A stretch of 64,000 nucleotides of DNA from Bacteroidales bacterium (GCA_046482735.1 JAWOEL010000130.1:19796-83795); one strand, 5' to 3'; positions 17,871-27,956 are shown, numbered from the stretch's first letter. The notes: generated from the sequence alone by a model not told the origin. A program made the numbers and translations.

Positions 17871-19315
17871 AAAAACTGATTTCATATAATTCTATTTTTC
17901 TTGCCTGTATATCAATATATGCTTTTATTCTTCACTTTATCTCGCTCAACCAAACTGGTTATGCCAATGGCTGGGATTCATATTTTTATCTTTTACAAGT
18001 AAAATCCCTTATACAAGACGGCAACCTTGTTTCATCAAGAGTTTCTCTTATTTACCCAATTTTATCAGTATTTGTATACTTCTGCAACGATTATATTCTT
18101 GCATGGAAAATTTTTACGGCAATCTTAGTTAGCCTTAGCTGTATCGGCATATACAAAGTCATTACAGCAATGCATATACATTCGCTTATTGCTCTTATTA
18201 CCGCAGCATATATTGCAATAAGTCCACATATGTTTTATTTTTCAGCTCAATACACAAAAAATATACTGGGATTTGTGTTTTTCTTATTCTTTCTCGTTGC
18301 GTTATATAACAAAAACACCCTCTTTATAATTATAACGATACTTCTGAATCTCTTTACCCATAAACTCACCGGCTTTCTTGCTATCGGAATTTATGCAAGC
18401 ATAATTGCTTATACATATATTTACAAACACACAAACAAAAAAATATTACTTCTCTGGATAAGCATACCGCTTATTCTTATTTGCTGTATTCCTACTTTAT
18501 TCGACATATCAGACCTTACCAGACAACAAGATTTAATTAGCACAACACCACAATGGTACCCGATTCTGTTTTTTAAAGATTTTAAAAACGTCATTACTAT
18601 AGCATGGAAAACAGAAATTATTGCATCATATGTATTATGTATTGCGGTACTATCATATAATATAGTATATAAGAAAAATATGTATTATTATATAATTCCT
18701 ATTTTATTTATAGCATTAAATCTGCCATTTTTACAATGGGATATTCAAGGATTTTCGTTCAGATTTTTCATGTTTTCGCTATTATTACCCCCTATATGTA
18801 TAGGTATTATCTTAGAAAATATTCAAGTACGAAAATATATGTATAGTAGTATACCAATAATACTTTTTGCCGGTATTTTTACTCAGCACACATACTCACC
18901 ACAATTACACGACCCCAATTATGAAGAATTTGAACACATAACCGAGAATACAACAAACACAACAGCATTTAAACAAGCAGAACTTATTATAGCCCACAAA
19001 GGCTTAGCAGAATTTATTAAATTTACCACAAATAAAGACGCAATGTCCTGGATTCCGGAATACCATATTCATACAGATTCATTATGGAGAATTACTGCCG
19101 GCATTTCAACATTTCGATTGCAATCATTTTTACCAGACACAAGCTTAAGTGTTGTAGGATATAATTATCATATAATGCGGGAAAAAGACTGGCAAAAATT
19201 TCTTACCGATGTTCAGAAAAACCATACAGATTTTTATGATGATTATACAACATGGTTAAACCCAAACAACAAACGCCCCGCATTTATGCAAAAATACAGG
19301 AGGAAACATGAGTAA
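17861..19315 (+). CDS. Polytopic (about 12 TM) membrane protein with a ~130-aa C-terminal soluble domain. GT-C-like architecture, function unknown.
   Basis: Hydrophobic segments run throughout residues 1-350. The first loop is GYANGWDSYFY. It overlaps both neighbours (10 nt and 8 nt). Confidence 0.7.
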   Translation: MQIKKLISYNSIFLACISIYAFILHFISLNQTGYANGWDSYFYLLQVKSLIQDGNLVSSRVSLIYPILSVFVYFCNDYILAWKIFTAILVSLSCIGIYKVITAMHIHSLIALITAAYIAISPHMFYFSAQYTKNILGFVFFLFFLVALYNKNTLFIIITILLNLFTHKLTGFLAIGIYASIIAYTYIYKHTNKKILLLWISIPLILICCIPTLFDISDLTRQQDLISTTPQWYPILFFKDFKNVITIAWKTEIIASYVLCIAVLSYNIVYKKNMYYYIIPILFIALNLPFLQWDIQGFSFRFFMFSLLLPPICIGIILENIQVRKYMYSSIPIILFAGIFTQHTYSPQLHDPNYEEFEHITENTTNTTAFKQAELIIAHKGLAEFIKFTTNKDAMSWIPEYHIHTDSLWRITAGISTFRLQSFLPDTSLSVVGYNYHIMREKDWQKFLTDVQKNHTDFYDDYTTWLNPNNKRPAFMQKYRRKHE

Positions 19316-20138
19316 AAAAAATATACCCGATACTCTTCTTAAACCCAAACAACGCTCAAAATTGCGTCTCTATTTCGGCAAACAATATTATACCATTTCC
19401 CGCAAACTATATTGGTTACGAAATTACTTCACATTTGCAAAAGCACAAACAAAAACTCCGTTACCTCATACAGTATTTGAACACAAAACTCCTTTATACC
19501 GGGAACTCAAAAAAGTAGATATGTGGATGCAGGAAAATAAAGTGAGTAATTTAAACAAAGCCACTCACTATATAGATGGCATACTAATAAAACCGGGAGA
19601 AATATTTTCGTATTGGTTTTTAATTGGGAAACCGACAAAACGAAAAGGATATAAACCCGGAATGGTATTAGATCACGGAACATTCACATCAGGTATCGGT
19701 GGTGGATTATGTCAATTATCAAATTTACTATTCTGGATGTTTCTACACAGCCCGCTCACAGTTACCGAACGATACCGACACAGTTACGACGTTTTTCCCG
19801 ATGTGCAAAGAAAAATACCATTTGGCAGTGGGGCAACCTGTGTATATAATTATCGAGATTTAATGGTAAAAAACAACACAGCAAACACATTTCAAATAAA
19901 CCTGTCAGTTTCAGAAAAAAATTTACACGGAAAAATACGATCTTTAAAGCCGGAATCCAAACAATACAAAATATATGAAAAAGAACATATTATTCATCAT
20001 CATTCATGGGGAGGATATTCCCGCCATAATATTATATACCGAAAAACCTACGAAAACGAAACAGGTATAACCGATGAGTATATGTTTGAAAATCATGCCT
20101 TAATGATGTATCAGCCTTATATTGATGAGAAACAATAA
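19308..20138 (+). CDS. VanW-family protein
   Basis: IKPGEIFSYW, GYKPG and GIGGGLCQLSNLLFW are characteristic of the VanW-like domain. Confidence 0.75.
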   Translation: MSKKNIPDTLLKPKQRSKLRLYFGKQYYTISRKLYWLRNYFTFAKAQTKTPLPHTVFEHKTPLYRELKKVDMWMQENKVSNLNKATHYIDGILIKPGEIFSYWFLIGKPTKRKGYKPGMVLDHGTFTSGIGGGLCQLSNLLFWMFLHSPLTVTERYRHSYDVFPDVQRKIPFGSGATCVYNYRDLMVKNNTANTFQINLSVSEKNLHGKIRSLKPESKQYKIYEKEHIIHHHSWGGYSRHNIIYRKTYENETGITDEYMFENHALMMYQPYIDEKQ

Positions 20139-20329
20139 TTAATAATCGTAAAAGTTTAAAAAAAATACTTCTTTCCTTATTTTATGATAAGTAATAAAAA
20201 TTCTATACTTTAGCATAATAATTAAAAAGGCACTTTAATTTTAAAAATAGAAATAAAAGAATATATTTTTATATAGTTGTCTTAAAATTTTTATTGAAAA
20301 AATAATTAATAACTTATAAATAATAAAAT

Positions 20330-21931
20330 ATGGCAAATTTAGATTTAAGTACATATGGAATTACCGACGTAAAAGAGGTAGTACATAATCCATCGTATGA
20401 ACAACTTTTCAAAGAAGAAACCAGTCCGGAATTAGAAGGCTATGAAAAAGGTCAACTCACTGAACTGGATGCAGTAAATGTAATGACCGGAGAATTCACC
20501 GGCCGTTCACCTAAAGACAAATACATAGTTAAAGACGACACTACAAAAGATACTATTTGGTGGACTTCTCCAGAATCTCCAAACGATAACAAACCTGTTT
20601 CTACAGAAGTTTGGAAAGACCTCAAAGAAAACACCATCAAACAACTTTCAGGGAAAAGATTATTTGTAATTGACTGCTTTGCAGGAGCAAATGAAGATTC
20701 ACGAATGAAAATTCGTTTTATTATGGAAGTAGCATGGCAGGCACACTTTGTGAAAAATATGTTCATCCGTCCAACAGAAGAAGAATTAAAGGACTTTGAA
20801 CCTGATTTTGTATCAATGAATGGTGCAAAAACAGTAAACGAAAAATGGCAAGAACATGGTTTAAACTCAGAAGTTTATACTGTTTTCAACCTTACCGAAA
20901 AAATGCACGTTCTTGGTGGTTCATGGTACGGTGGTGAAATGAAAAAAGGTATGTTTGCAATGATGAACTACTACCTTCCATTAAATGGGATGGCTTCTAT
21001 GCACTGTTCTGCAAACGTTGGTAAAGACGACGATGTTGCGATTTTCTTCGGACTTTCAGGAACGGGAAAAACAACACTTTCAACAGATCCTAACCGTCAG
21101 CTAATTGGTGATGATGAACACGGATGGGACGACGATGGTGTGTTTAACTTCGAAGGTGGTTGCTACGCTAAAACGATTGATTTAGATAAAGAAGCAGAAC
21201 CGGAAATTTTCAATGCAATCAAACGTGATGCACTTCTTGAAAACGTTACAGTTGATGAAAATGGTAAAATTGACTTTACGGATGGTTCTGTTACACAAAA
21301 CACTCGTGTATCATATCCTATTTACCACATCGACAACATCGTTAAACCAGTTTCAAAAGCAGGACATGCTAACAAAGTAATTTTCCTTACGGCTGATGCA
21401 TTTGGTGTATTGCCTCCGGTAGCAAAGCTTACTCCTGAGCAAACAAAATATCACTTCCTTTCAGGATTTACTGCAAAATTAGCAGGAACCGAACGTGGTG
21501 TAACTACACCTCAGCCGACTTTCTCTGCTTGTTTTGGAGCTGCGTTCCTTTCACTTCACCCAACAAAATACGGTAAAGAATTAGTGAAAAAGATGGAAGA
21601 ACACGGAGCCGAAGCTTATCTTGTAAACACTGGATGGAATGGTAGCGGAAAACGTATCTCTATTAAAGACACCCGTGGTATTATTACTGCTATTCTTGAT
21701 GGTTCAATTGAGAAAGCTCCTACTAAGAACCTTCCTGTATTCAACCTTGAAGTTCCAACAGAACTAACTGGTGTTGAAACAAAAATTTTAGATCCTCGTG
21801 ATACGTATGCTGATACATCTGAATGGGATACAAAAGCAAAAGACCTTGCTTCTAAATTCATCAAAAACTTCGAGAAATACACTGATAATGAAGAAGGTAA
21901 ATCTCTTGTTGCTGCTGGTCCTCAGTTATAA
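20330..21931 (+). CDS. pckA: Phosphoenolpyruvate carboxykinase (ATP)
   Basis: [30 protein letters not shown] and NTGWNG are diagnostic ATP-PEPCK motifs. Confidence 0.95.
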   Translation: MANLDLSTYGITDVKEVVHNPSYEQLFKEETSPELEGYEKGQLTELDAVNVMTGEFTGRSPKDKYIVKDDTTKDTIWWTSPESPNDNKPVSTEVWKDLKENTIKQLSGKRLFVIDCFAGANEDSRMKIRFIMEVAWQAHFVKNMFIRPTEEELKDFEPDFVSMNGAKTVNEKWQEHGLNSEVYTVFNLTEKMHVLGGSWYGGEMKKGMFAMMNYYLPLNGMASMHCSANVGKDDDVAIFFGLSGTGKTTLSTDPNRQLIGDDEHGWDDDGVFNFEGGCYAKTIDLDKEAEPEIFNAIKRDALLENVTVDENGKIDFTDGSVTQNTRVSYPIYHIDNIVKPVSKAGHANKVIFLTADAFGVLPPVAKLTPEQTKYHFLSGFTAKLAGTERGVTTPQPTFSACFGAAFLSLHPTKYGKELVKKMEEHGAEAYLVNTGWNGSGKRISIKDTRGIITAILDGSIEKAPTKNLPVFNLEVPTELTGVETKILDPRDTYADTSEWDTKAKDLASKFIKNFEKYTDNEEGKSLVAAGPQL

Positions 21932-21963
21932 TTTGATATATATACTATAATCAATTATATTAC

Positions 21964-21999
21964 AAAAAAACCTCCGAAGAAATATTCGGAGGTTTTTTT
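21964..21999. terminator. Bidirectional intrinsic terminator between convergent pckA and xth
   Basis: AAAAAAACCTCCGAA-GAAATA-TTCGGAGGTTTTTTT: an 8-bp GC-rich stem flanked by an A-tract and a T-tract. Confidence 0.85.
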
Positions 22000-22049
22000 A
22001 TGTCCGCACATTACGTTTAACAAATACATAAACACGAGCCGAAAAACGT

Positions 22050-22820
22050 TTATTTTTTTTCAAGCTCCACTACTACAGGACAATGATCAGAATGCACAAC
22101 CTGTGATAATATATATGCATCATGCACAAAATGAGAAAAATCAGAACTTACCATATGATAATCTATCCTCCAACCAAGGTTTTTCTGTCGGGCACCTGCT
22201 CTGTAACTCCACCAAGAATACGCATGATCTTCGGTATGAAATTGCCGAAATGAATCAACAAAACCAAGCGATAAAAAAGAATCTATCCATGCCCGCTCAT
22301 GTGGTAAAAAACCGGAAACACCGGTATGTCGCTCCGGATGATGAATATCTTTTTCGGTATGACAAATATTAAAATCACCGGAAAGTAATATATTTGTTTT
22401 CGTTTTTTGCAATTCAGCACAATAGTCAGCAACTATATCAAGATACTCCTCCTTTTTCTCCTGACGAATTGTTCCGGTAGTTCCGGACGGAAAATAAGAA
22501 TTAAGCACCGTAAAATCTTCGAAATCAAGACGCAAAAAACGACCTTCTGTATCAAAAAAATCATTGCCAATACCATATTGAACTGACACTGGTTGTTCTT
22601 TCGTAAATGTTGCCACACCACTATACCCGCGTTTTTCCGCAGCACACCAATAAATTGTATATCCCAACTCCTCTATTTCATGCACATCTACCTGTTCCTG
22701 TAAAGCTTTTACTTCCTGAAGTTGAATTATATCCGGATTTTCATCACGCAACCAATCAACAAAACCTTTTCGCATTGCAGCACGAATGCCATTAACATTA
22801 TAACTAATTATTTTTTTCAT
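22050..22820 (-). CDS. xth: Exodeoxyribonuclease III
   Basis: MKKIISYNVNGIR, LQEVK, GDFNI and SDHCPV motifs. The track start 22832 is a TTG; the ATG at 22820 gives the canonical N-terminus. Confidence 0.9.
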   Translation of the reverse strand: MKKIISYNVNGIRAAMRKGFVDWLRDENPDIIQLQEVKALQEQVDVHEIEELGYTIYWCAAEKRGYSGVATFTKEQPVSVQYGIGNDFFDTEGRFLRLDFEDFTVLNSYFPSGTTGTIRQEKKEEYLDIVADYCAELQKTKTNILLSGDFNICHTEKDIHHPERHTGVSGFLPHERAWIDSFLSLGFVDSFRQFHTEDHAYSWWSYRAGARQKNLGWRIDYHMVSSDFSHFVHDAYILSQVVHSDHCPVVVELEKK

Positions 22821-22839
22821 TTTATTTCGCAATTACTAT

Positions 22840-22870
22840 GTTGTTAAGCCATGCAAAATACATATTTTTG
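22840..22870 (+). promoter_or_regulatory. Candidate promoter for the acidic protein/rsgA unit
   Basis: TATTTTTG at 22863-22870 matches TAnnTTTG and lies 13 nt before the ATG at 22883. An imperfect -33 (GTTG, 22840-22843) sits 19 nt upstream. Confidence 0.4.
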
Positions 22871-22882
22871 TACAAAAAAACT

Positions 22883-23308
22883 ATGGTAGAACTTTCTTTA
22901 TCCGAAAATCAATTTACCCATTTACTCAAACTCATGTACATGGGCGAATGGATGCTTCAGGCACATAACAAAAACTCATACAATGTCGAAGTCGAAGAAT
23001 TAGAACAACAATTATATTCGGTTGCTTACAATTTCGGGCTTGACGAATATGCTGATTATGACAAAAAAATGGGTGGTTATATGCCAACCGAAGAATTCGA
23101 AGAAGAATGTGACACAGACATAAACTCTTATGACGAGCAAACATTTTGGGAAGAACTTATTGTTCGTCTTGCCGATAAAAAATTAGAAAAAGAAGGAGCA
23201 AAAAACCTGTCACAAAAAGAATTTACTAAATTACAAGAAACCTACATTGCAGAATTCGAAAAAGAATTTGAAGAACATGGACTTGAAAGATTGAGCATTT
23301 TAACATAA
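22883..23308 (+). CDS. Hypothetical Glu/Asp-rich cytoplasmic protein (141 aa)
   Basis: The ORF is open from the ATG at 22883 (MVELSLSENQ...). I recognise no family motif. It ends 4 nt before rsgA. Confidence 0.55.
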   Translation: MVELSLSENQFTHLLKLMYMGEWMLQAHNKNSYNVEVEELEQQLYSVAYNFGLDEYADYDKKMGGYMPTEEFEEECDTDINSYDEQTFWEELIVRLADKKLEKEGAKNLSQKEFTKLQETYIAEFEKEFEEHGLERLSILT

Positions 23309-23312
23309 ATTC

Positions 23313-24233
23313 ATGAAAGGTCTCGTAATAAAATCAACCGGAAGCTGGTACCGAGTAATTGTTTCTGATGAAACATGTTATGAATGCCGTATAAAAGGTA
23401 AGTTGCGTTTGAACAACTCACGTTCAACCAATCCCGTTACTGTAGGTGACACGGTAGATTTTGAAATAGAAGAACCAAATCAAGGAATAATTACCAACAT
23501 ACACAAACGAAAAAATTATATTATTCGTAAATCGGTAAACCTTTCAAAAGAATCACACATAATTGCCGCAAATATAGACCGGGCTTTTTTAGTTGTAACT
23601 ATCTCCCAACCCAAAACACTACTGTCTTTTATTGACCGTTTTCTTGTTTCAGCAGAAGCTTACGGAATTCCGGCAACTCTCATATTCAACAAATACGACA
23701 TCTACACCGAAAAAGATCGTACACAACTGGCAGAGTGGGAAAATATTTATGCAAAAGCAGGATATTCAACACTTCGTCTTTCATGTAACACAAATCTCAA
23801 TTGCAGTATTTTGCACTCTCACATACAAAATAAAATAAGCGTGGTTGTAGGAAATTCAGGAGTTGGTAAAAGTACTATCCTCAACACATTATTTCCAAAT
23901 CTGAACCTCAAAACACAAAAAATATCGCAATTGCATAAAACCGGCCAACACACTACGACATTCTCAGAAATGTTTTTATTACCCGAAAGCACCTATATAA
24001 TTGATACCCCCGGCATTAAATCATTTGGTATATTAGATGTTGAAAAACATGAATTGCATCATTTTTTTCCGGAAATATTTTCCGCATCAGAAAATTGTAA
24101 ATTTTATAACTGCACACACACACATGAGCCTGGTTGTGCTGTTTTATCGGCCGTAGCAGAAGGCAACATTGCTGAAAGCAGATATCTTAATTACTGTCAA
24201 CTATTTGAGGAAGAAGAATCAAAACATCGATAA
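23313..24233 (+). CDS. rsgA: Ribosome small-subunit-dependent GTPase A
   Basis: Circularly permuted GTPase (NKYD ... GNSGVGKST ... DTPG) and a C-terminal Zn finger CKFYNCTHTHEPGCAV. Confidence 0.9.
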   Translation: MKGLVIKSTGSWYRVIVSDETCYECRIKGKLRLNNSRSTNPVTVGDTVDFEIEEPNQGIITNIHKRKNYIIRKSVNLSKESHIIAANIDRAFLVVTISQPKTLLSFIDRFLVSAEAYGIPATLIFNKYDIYTEKDRTQLAEWENIYAKAGYSTLRLSCNTNLNCSILHSHIQNKISVVVGNSGVGKSTILNTLFPNLNLKTQKISQLHKTGQHTTTFSEMFLLPESTYIIDTPGIKSFGILDVEKHELHHFFPEIFSASENCKFYNCTHTHEPGCAVLSAVAEGNIAESRYLNYCQLFEEEESKHR

Positions 24234-24371
24234 TTAAAAGATGTAAAACATGCTCACAATCAGCTGATTGTGAAAAAAATATTCTTTTTTATTAAAAAAA
24301 AAACAAAAATATAAGTATAAATATATTTTTTAGCAGTAATTTGCATCCATAAATATTTAAATAAAATAACA

Positions 24372-24563
24372 ATGAACAACGGAAAAGTAAAATTTTTCAA
24401 TAAAACTAAAGGTTTTGGTTTTATTGCTGAAGACGAAACAGGTAAAGAATATTTTGTACATGTTTCAGGATTAATTGATGAAATTGATGAAAATGACGAA
24501 GTAGAATTTGATTTACAAGAAGGCAAAAAAGGATTAAATGCGGTTAACGTAAAATTATTATAA
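24372..24563 (+). CDS. Cold-shock domain protein (CspA family)
   Basis: GKVKFFNKTKGFGFI (RNP1) and FVHVS (RNP2). Confidence 0.9.
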   Translation: MNNGKVKFFNKTKGFGFIAEDETGKEYFVHVSGLIDEIDENDEVEFDLQEGKKGLNAVNVKLL

Positions 24564-24582
24564 TCTGATTATCAATGAAATC

Positions 24583-24618
24583 AAAGCCGGCTTTTAACAC
24601 AAAGCCGGCTTTTTTTTT
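24583..24618. terminator. Bidirectional terminator between csp and the convergent thioesterase gene
   Basis: AAAGCCGGCTTTT-AACAC-AAAGCCGGCTTTTTTTTT. Each 12-mer is also self-complementary. Confidence 0.75.
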
Positions 24619-24646
24619 GCTCAATGTAACATATATAAAAACCAAC

Positions 24647-25045
24647 CTACTCCCAGGTAATCCCTGTAGCATCTTCCGGTTTTATCGGTCTGCCATTTTG
24701 CAAACATACACCAGTTATAGTAGCATCTATTATTAATTTTCCATCAGGAATACGTTCTATCCACTGATGAAATATAATACGAAGATTACCTCGTTTCGCA
24801 GTTCTTATTTTCACCACAAAATCATCCTGACTTTTAAGCGATGCTTTATAATCTATCTCTACACGAGACACAACTAAATCTATATGTTTTGCATGAAGTG
24901 CCGCAAAATCTATTTGTCGTGATAGTAAAAATGTATGTCGTGCATGTTCCAAATAATTGAGATATACAGAATTGTTTACAATTCCCTGGAGATCTAACTC
25001 ATAATCACGAACAGTTAATTTCAATTCAAATAATGATTCCTGCAT
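24647..25045 (-). CDS. Acyl-CoA thioesterase, hot-dog fold (YbgC/4HBT-like)
   Basis: 132 aa. VRDYELDLQGIVNNSVYLNYLEHAR resembles the 4HBT catalytic-Asp region. Confidence 0.7.
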   Translation of the reverse strand: MQESLFELKLTVRDYELDLQGIVNNSVYLNYLEHARHTFLLSRQIDFAALHAKHIDLVVSRVEIDYKASLKSQDDFVVKIRTAKRGNLRIIFHQWIERIPDGKLIIDATITGVCLQNGRPIKPEDATGITWE

Positions 25046-25447
25046 AATAAATAGGTTTTATCTAAAAAATCTAATTTTGAAATTGGTTTACATTTCAGCA
25101 GATGTATATAAAAAAACAAGTACATACATTTAACGTAAAAATGTTATCTTCTTTTTATTATTTTTTTGTATTCTGAATATACAAACTATATACATATCAT
25201 TTTTTAGCTCATAAATCCTTAAATACGGCATAAAAATACATATTTTTACCATACATTGTATACAATCTAAGACATAAAAATAGTAACTAAAAAAATCATA
25301 TTAACTCCCGTTACTATATACAGAAAAACAACTACTAAATATACACACTACCGTCACTTTTATAAAATATAACGACTCATTATTGCGTAAATAAAGAGAT
25401 TTTAGTAATATTACATACTCAAATAAACAATTTAAAAGATAAAAAAT

Positions 25448-27193
25448 ATGTCGAAATATTTATATGTTCTCATTCTCGTTTCTGTTTGTTCTGTAATTGC
25501 TGCAACAGCACAAGACACGATTACTAATACATGGGAAAACGGACAAATAAGCAGTAAAGGGTATATGCTTGACGGGACAGAACATGGCTTATGGATGTAT
25601 TGGGACTCTCTGGGCAATAAAGTTCAAGAAACCTCATTTTTACGCGGGAGACTTCATGGCCCGACAATTCTATACAGTGAAGAAACCGGAAAAAAACTAT
25701 ACGAAACACATTATTATTTAAATGACAAACACGGTTTGCATAAAGAATGGTACAAGAACGGAAATCTTGCAGTAAAAGGATACTTCAATCATAATAAACG
25801 AGATAGCACATGGCAATATTTTTACAGAAGCGGCCAATTACAAAAAGAAACATTTTATGTGCATCCGGACACAACATTACTTATGCGTTTTTGTCATAAA
25901 AAAGGTTGCTCAGTTGTAGATGGAAACGGCACCTACCAAACATACTGGCCCAACAACACAATCAAAGAAAAAGGAAATTACAAAAACGGATTACCACACG
26001 GGAAATGGGAAGTATATTATAAAGATGGTACACTAAAAGCAAAAGGAAACTACACACAAGGCGAAAAAACAGGAAACTGGATAGAAAATTATGAAGACGG
26101 CTCGCCCAAAGAACGAATAAACCATACAACCGGCACCTACGAATTTTGGCATCCAAACGGACAACAAAACATTCAGGGTTTTTATACAAAAAATAAAAGA
26201 GACTCTGTATGGACTACCTGGAATAAAGAAGGAACCATGATAGCGAAAAACAAATATTCTAAAGGAGCATTGCATGAGGAACAACTTACGTGGTTCGATA
26301 ATGCATATATACAATCTGAAATGGAATATAAAGACGGACTTAAACATGGATATGCCCGATGGTGGTTTCCCGACAGCACAATAGATATGGAAGGGCATTT
26401 TAAAAACGATATGCAACACGGTAAATGGATTTATTGGCAAGAAGACAGTATTTTAGGAAACACCGGTCATTATGCTAAAGGAGAAATGCATGGTAAATGG
26501 ATATGGTACTACGACGACGGCACATCTATCTGGAAAAAAGGACATTATACTCATGGCAAAAAAACCGGAGAATGGCTGTTTTTTTACCAAAGCGGTCAAA
26601 AACTTAGTCAAGGCTTTTATACCAATGGCAAAGCAGACAGCACCTACACCGAATGGTTCAAAAATGGAAATATTGAAACAATTGGACAATTTTCTAATGG
26701 AAACATGACCGGAACATGGAAATCTTGGTATAAAGAACCGGAAAATCAATTAAAATATCATATAGAATACAAACATAATTTAAAACATGGTGTAGAAAAA
26801 TACTGGAACAAAAACGGAAATCTCCGTTCAGAAAAAAACTATCACGAAGGCGAATTTCATGGTGATTTCAAAACTTTTTTTATCTCGGGCAAACCAAATA
26901 TTATTGGCGAATATGACATGGGCAGAATGACCGGTACATGGCTTTATTATAACGAAAGCGGTACATGTGAACGAGAACATACTTTTAAAAATGGAATACC
27001 TCACGGAGACTGGATAATCAGATATAAAGAAGGCCCTGTTCGCGAAGAAATTTCATATAAAAACGGCAAACGTCACGGTCACTACAAATATTTCTCTATC
27101 AGGGGTAAACTTATCTATCATGTGAAATACAAAAACGGAACAATTTCAAAAGTAAAAGTAGATAACCGAAAAAAAGAAGAACAAATTCGCTGA
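25448..27193 (+). CDS. Secreted MORN-variant (YwqK-like) repeat protein
   Basis: Signal peptide, then about 20 repeats of G-x-W-x-x-(W/Y)-Y-x-(N/D)-G-x-(L/K), for example HGKWEVYYKDGTLKAKGNY and TGEWLFFYQSGQKLSQGFY. Confidence 0.8.
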   Translation: MSKYLYVLILVSVCSVIAATAQDTITNTWENGQISSKGYMLDGTEHGLWMYWDSLGNKVQETSFLRGRLHGPTILYSEETGKKLYETHYYLNDKHGLHKEWYKNGNLAVKGYFNHNKRDSTWQYFYRSGQLQKETFYVHPDTTLLMRFCHKKGCSVVDGNGTYQTYWPNNTIKEKGNYKNGLPHGKWEVYYKDGTLKAKGNYTQGEKTGNWIENYEDGSPKERINHTTGTYEFWHPNGQQNIQGFYTKNKRDSVWTTWNKEGTMIAKNKYSKGALHEEQLTWFDNAYIQSEMEYKDGLKHGYARWWFPDSTIDMEGHFKNDMQHGKWIYWQEDSILGNTGHYAKGEMHGKWIWYYDDGTSIWKKGHYTHGKKTGEWLFFYQSGQKLSQGFYTNGKADSTYTEWFKNGNIETIGQFSNGNMTGTWKSWYKEPENQLKYHIEYKHNLKHGVEKYWNKNGNLRSEKNYHEGEFHGDFKTFFISGKPNIIGEYDMGRMTGTWLYYNESGTCEREHTFKNGIPHGDWIIRYKEGPVREEISYKNGKRHGHYKYFSIRGKLIYHVKYKNGTISKVKVDNRKKEEQIR

Positions 27194-27212
27194 TCTTTCG
27201 TACATGACATAC

Positions 27213-27956
27213 ATGAAACCTATAGTAATAATTCCTGCACGATACGGGTCTACACGTTTTCCCGGAAAACCTTTAGTAAAAATTAAAGGCAAAACAATGA
27301 TACAACGTGTGTATGAACAAGCAAAACAAGTAATTAATGATGTATGGGTAGCTACAGATGATTTACGCATAGAATCAGCAGTCGCAAAATTTGGCGGAAA
27401 GTGCGTAATGACATCTTCGCTTCATGTAAGCGGTACCGACCGGATTGCGGAAGCATACAATACTATTGAAAACAATCAGCAATTTTCTGTAGTAGTTAAT
27501 ATTCAAGGCGATGAACCATTTATAGATCCATCGCAAATACAACAATTAGTTGATTTATGCTCTGACCCAAAAGCTGAAATAGCAACGCTTATTAAAAAAA
27601 TCACTTCTGTTGACGATTTATTTAATCCAAACAAACCAAAAGTAATTCGAGACCTTTTTAACAATGCAATATATTTCAGCCGCTCACCTATACCATTTTT
27701 CAGAGATTTAGAAAAAACTCAATGGCATGAACATCACTCCTATTACAAACATATTGGTGTATATGCATATAAATCAAATATTCTGAAAGAAGTTACTAAT
27801 TTAATACCAACACAACTCGAGCAAGCAGAAAATCTAGAACAACTCAGATGGATTGAAAACAATTATACCATAAAAACAGGCATTACCGAATACGAAAATC
27901 TTTCAGTAGATACCGAAGATGACCTCAACGAAATATTACAAAAAATGCAACTATAA
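27213..27956 (+). CDS. kdsB: 3-deoxy-manno-octulosonate cytidylyltransferase
   Basis: IIPARYGSTRFPGKPL, SGTDRIAEA and NIQGDEP. An alternative ATG is at 27204. Confidence 0.9.
   Translation: MKPIVIIPARYGSTRFPGKPLVKIKGKTMIQRVYEQAKQVINDVWVATDDLRIESAVAKFGGKCVMTSSLHVSGTDRIAEAYNTIENNQQFSVVVNIQGDEPFIDPSQIQQLVDLCSDPKAEIATLIKKITSVDDLFNPNKPKVIRDLFNNAIYFSRSPIPFFRDLEKTQWHEHHSYYKHIGVYAYKSNILKEVTNLIPTQLEQAENLEQLRWIENNYTIKTGITEYENLSVDTEDDLNEILQKMQL

Noticed and set aside
14033-20138. Reading the VanX-like + VanW-like (+ distant VanZ-like at 2101) genes as a vancomycin-resistance operon
   Set aside because: No vanH dehydrogenase, vanA/B/C ligase, vanY or vanRS is present. The VanZ-like gene is 12 kb away in another transcription unit. 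The host appears to be a Gram-negative Bacteroidota, which is intrinsically insensitive. The names reflect family membership only.
25046-25447. 400-nt AT-rich spacer examined for tRNA, sRNA, CRISPR repeats or a missed ORF
   Set aside because: I found no GC-rich stems, no repeats and no plausible ORF. It is most simply a divergent promoter region.
25962-26749. Cluster of antisense and alternate-frame ORFs within the MORN-repeat gene
   Set aside because: This is a repeat-driven artefact. The sense frame carries the regular G-x-W-x-x-Y-Y-x-N-G repeat and a signal peptide.
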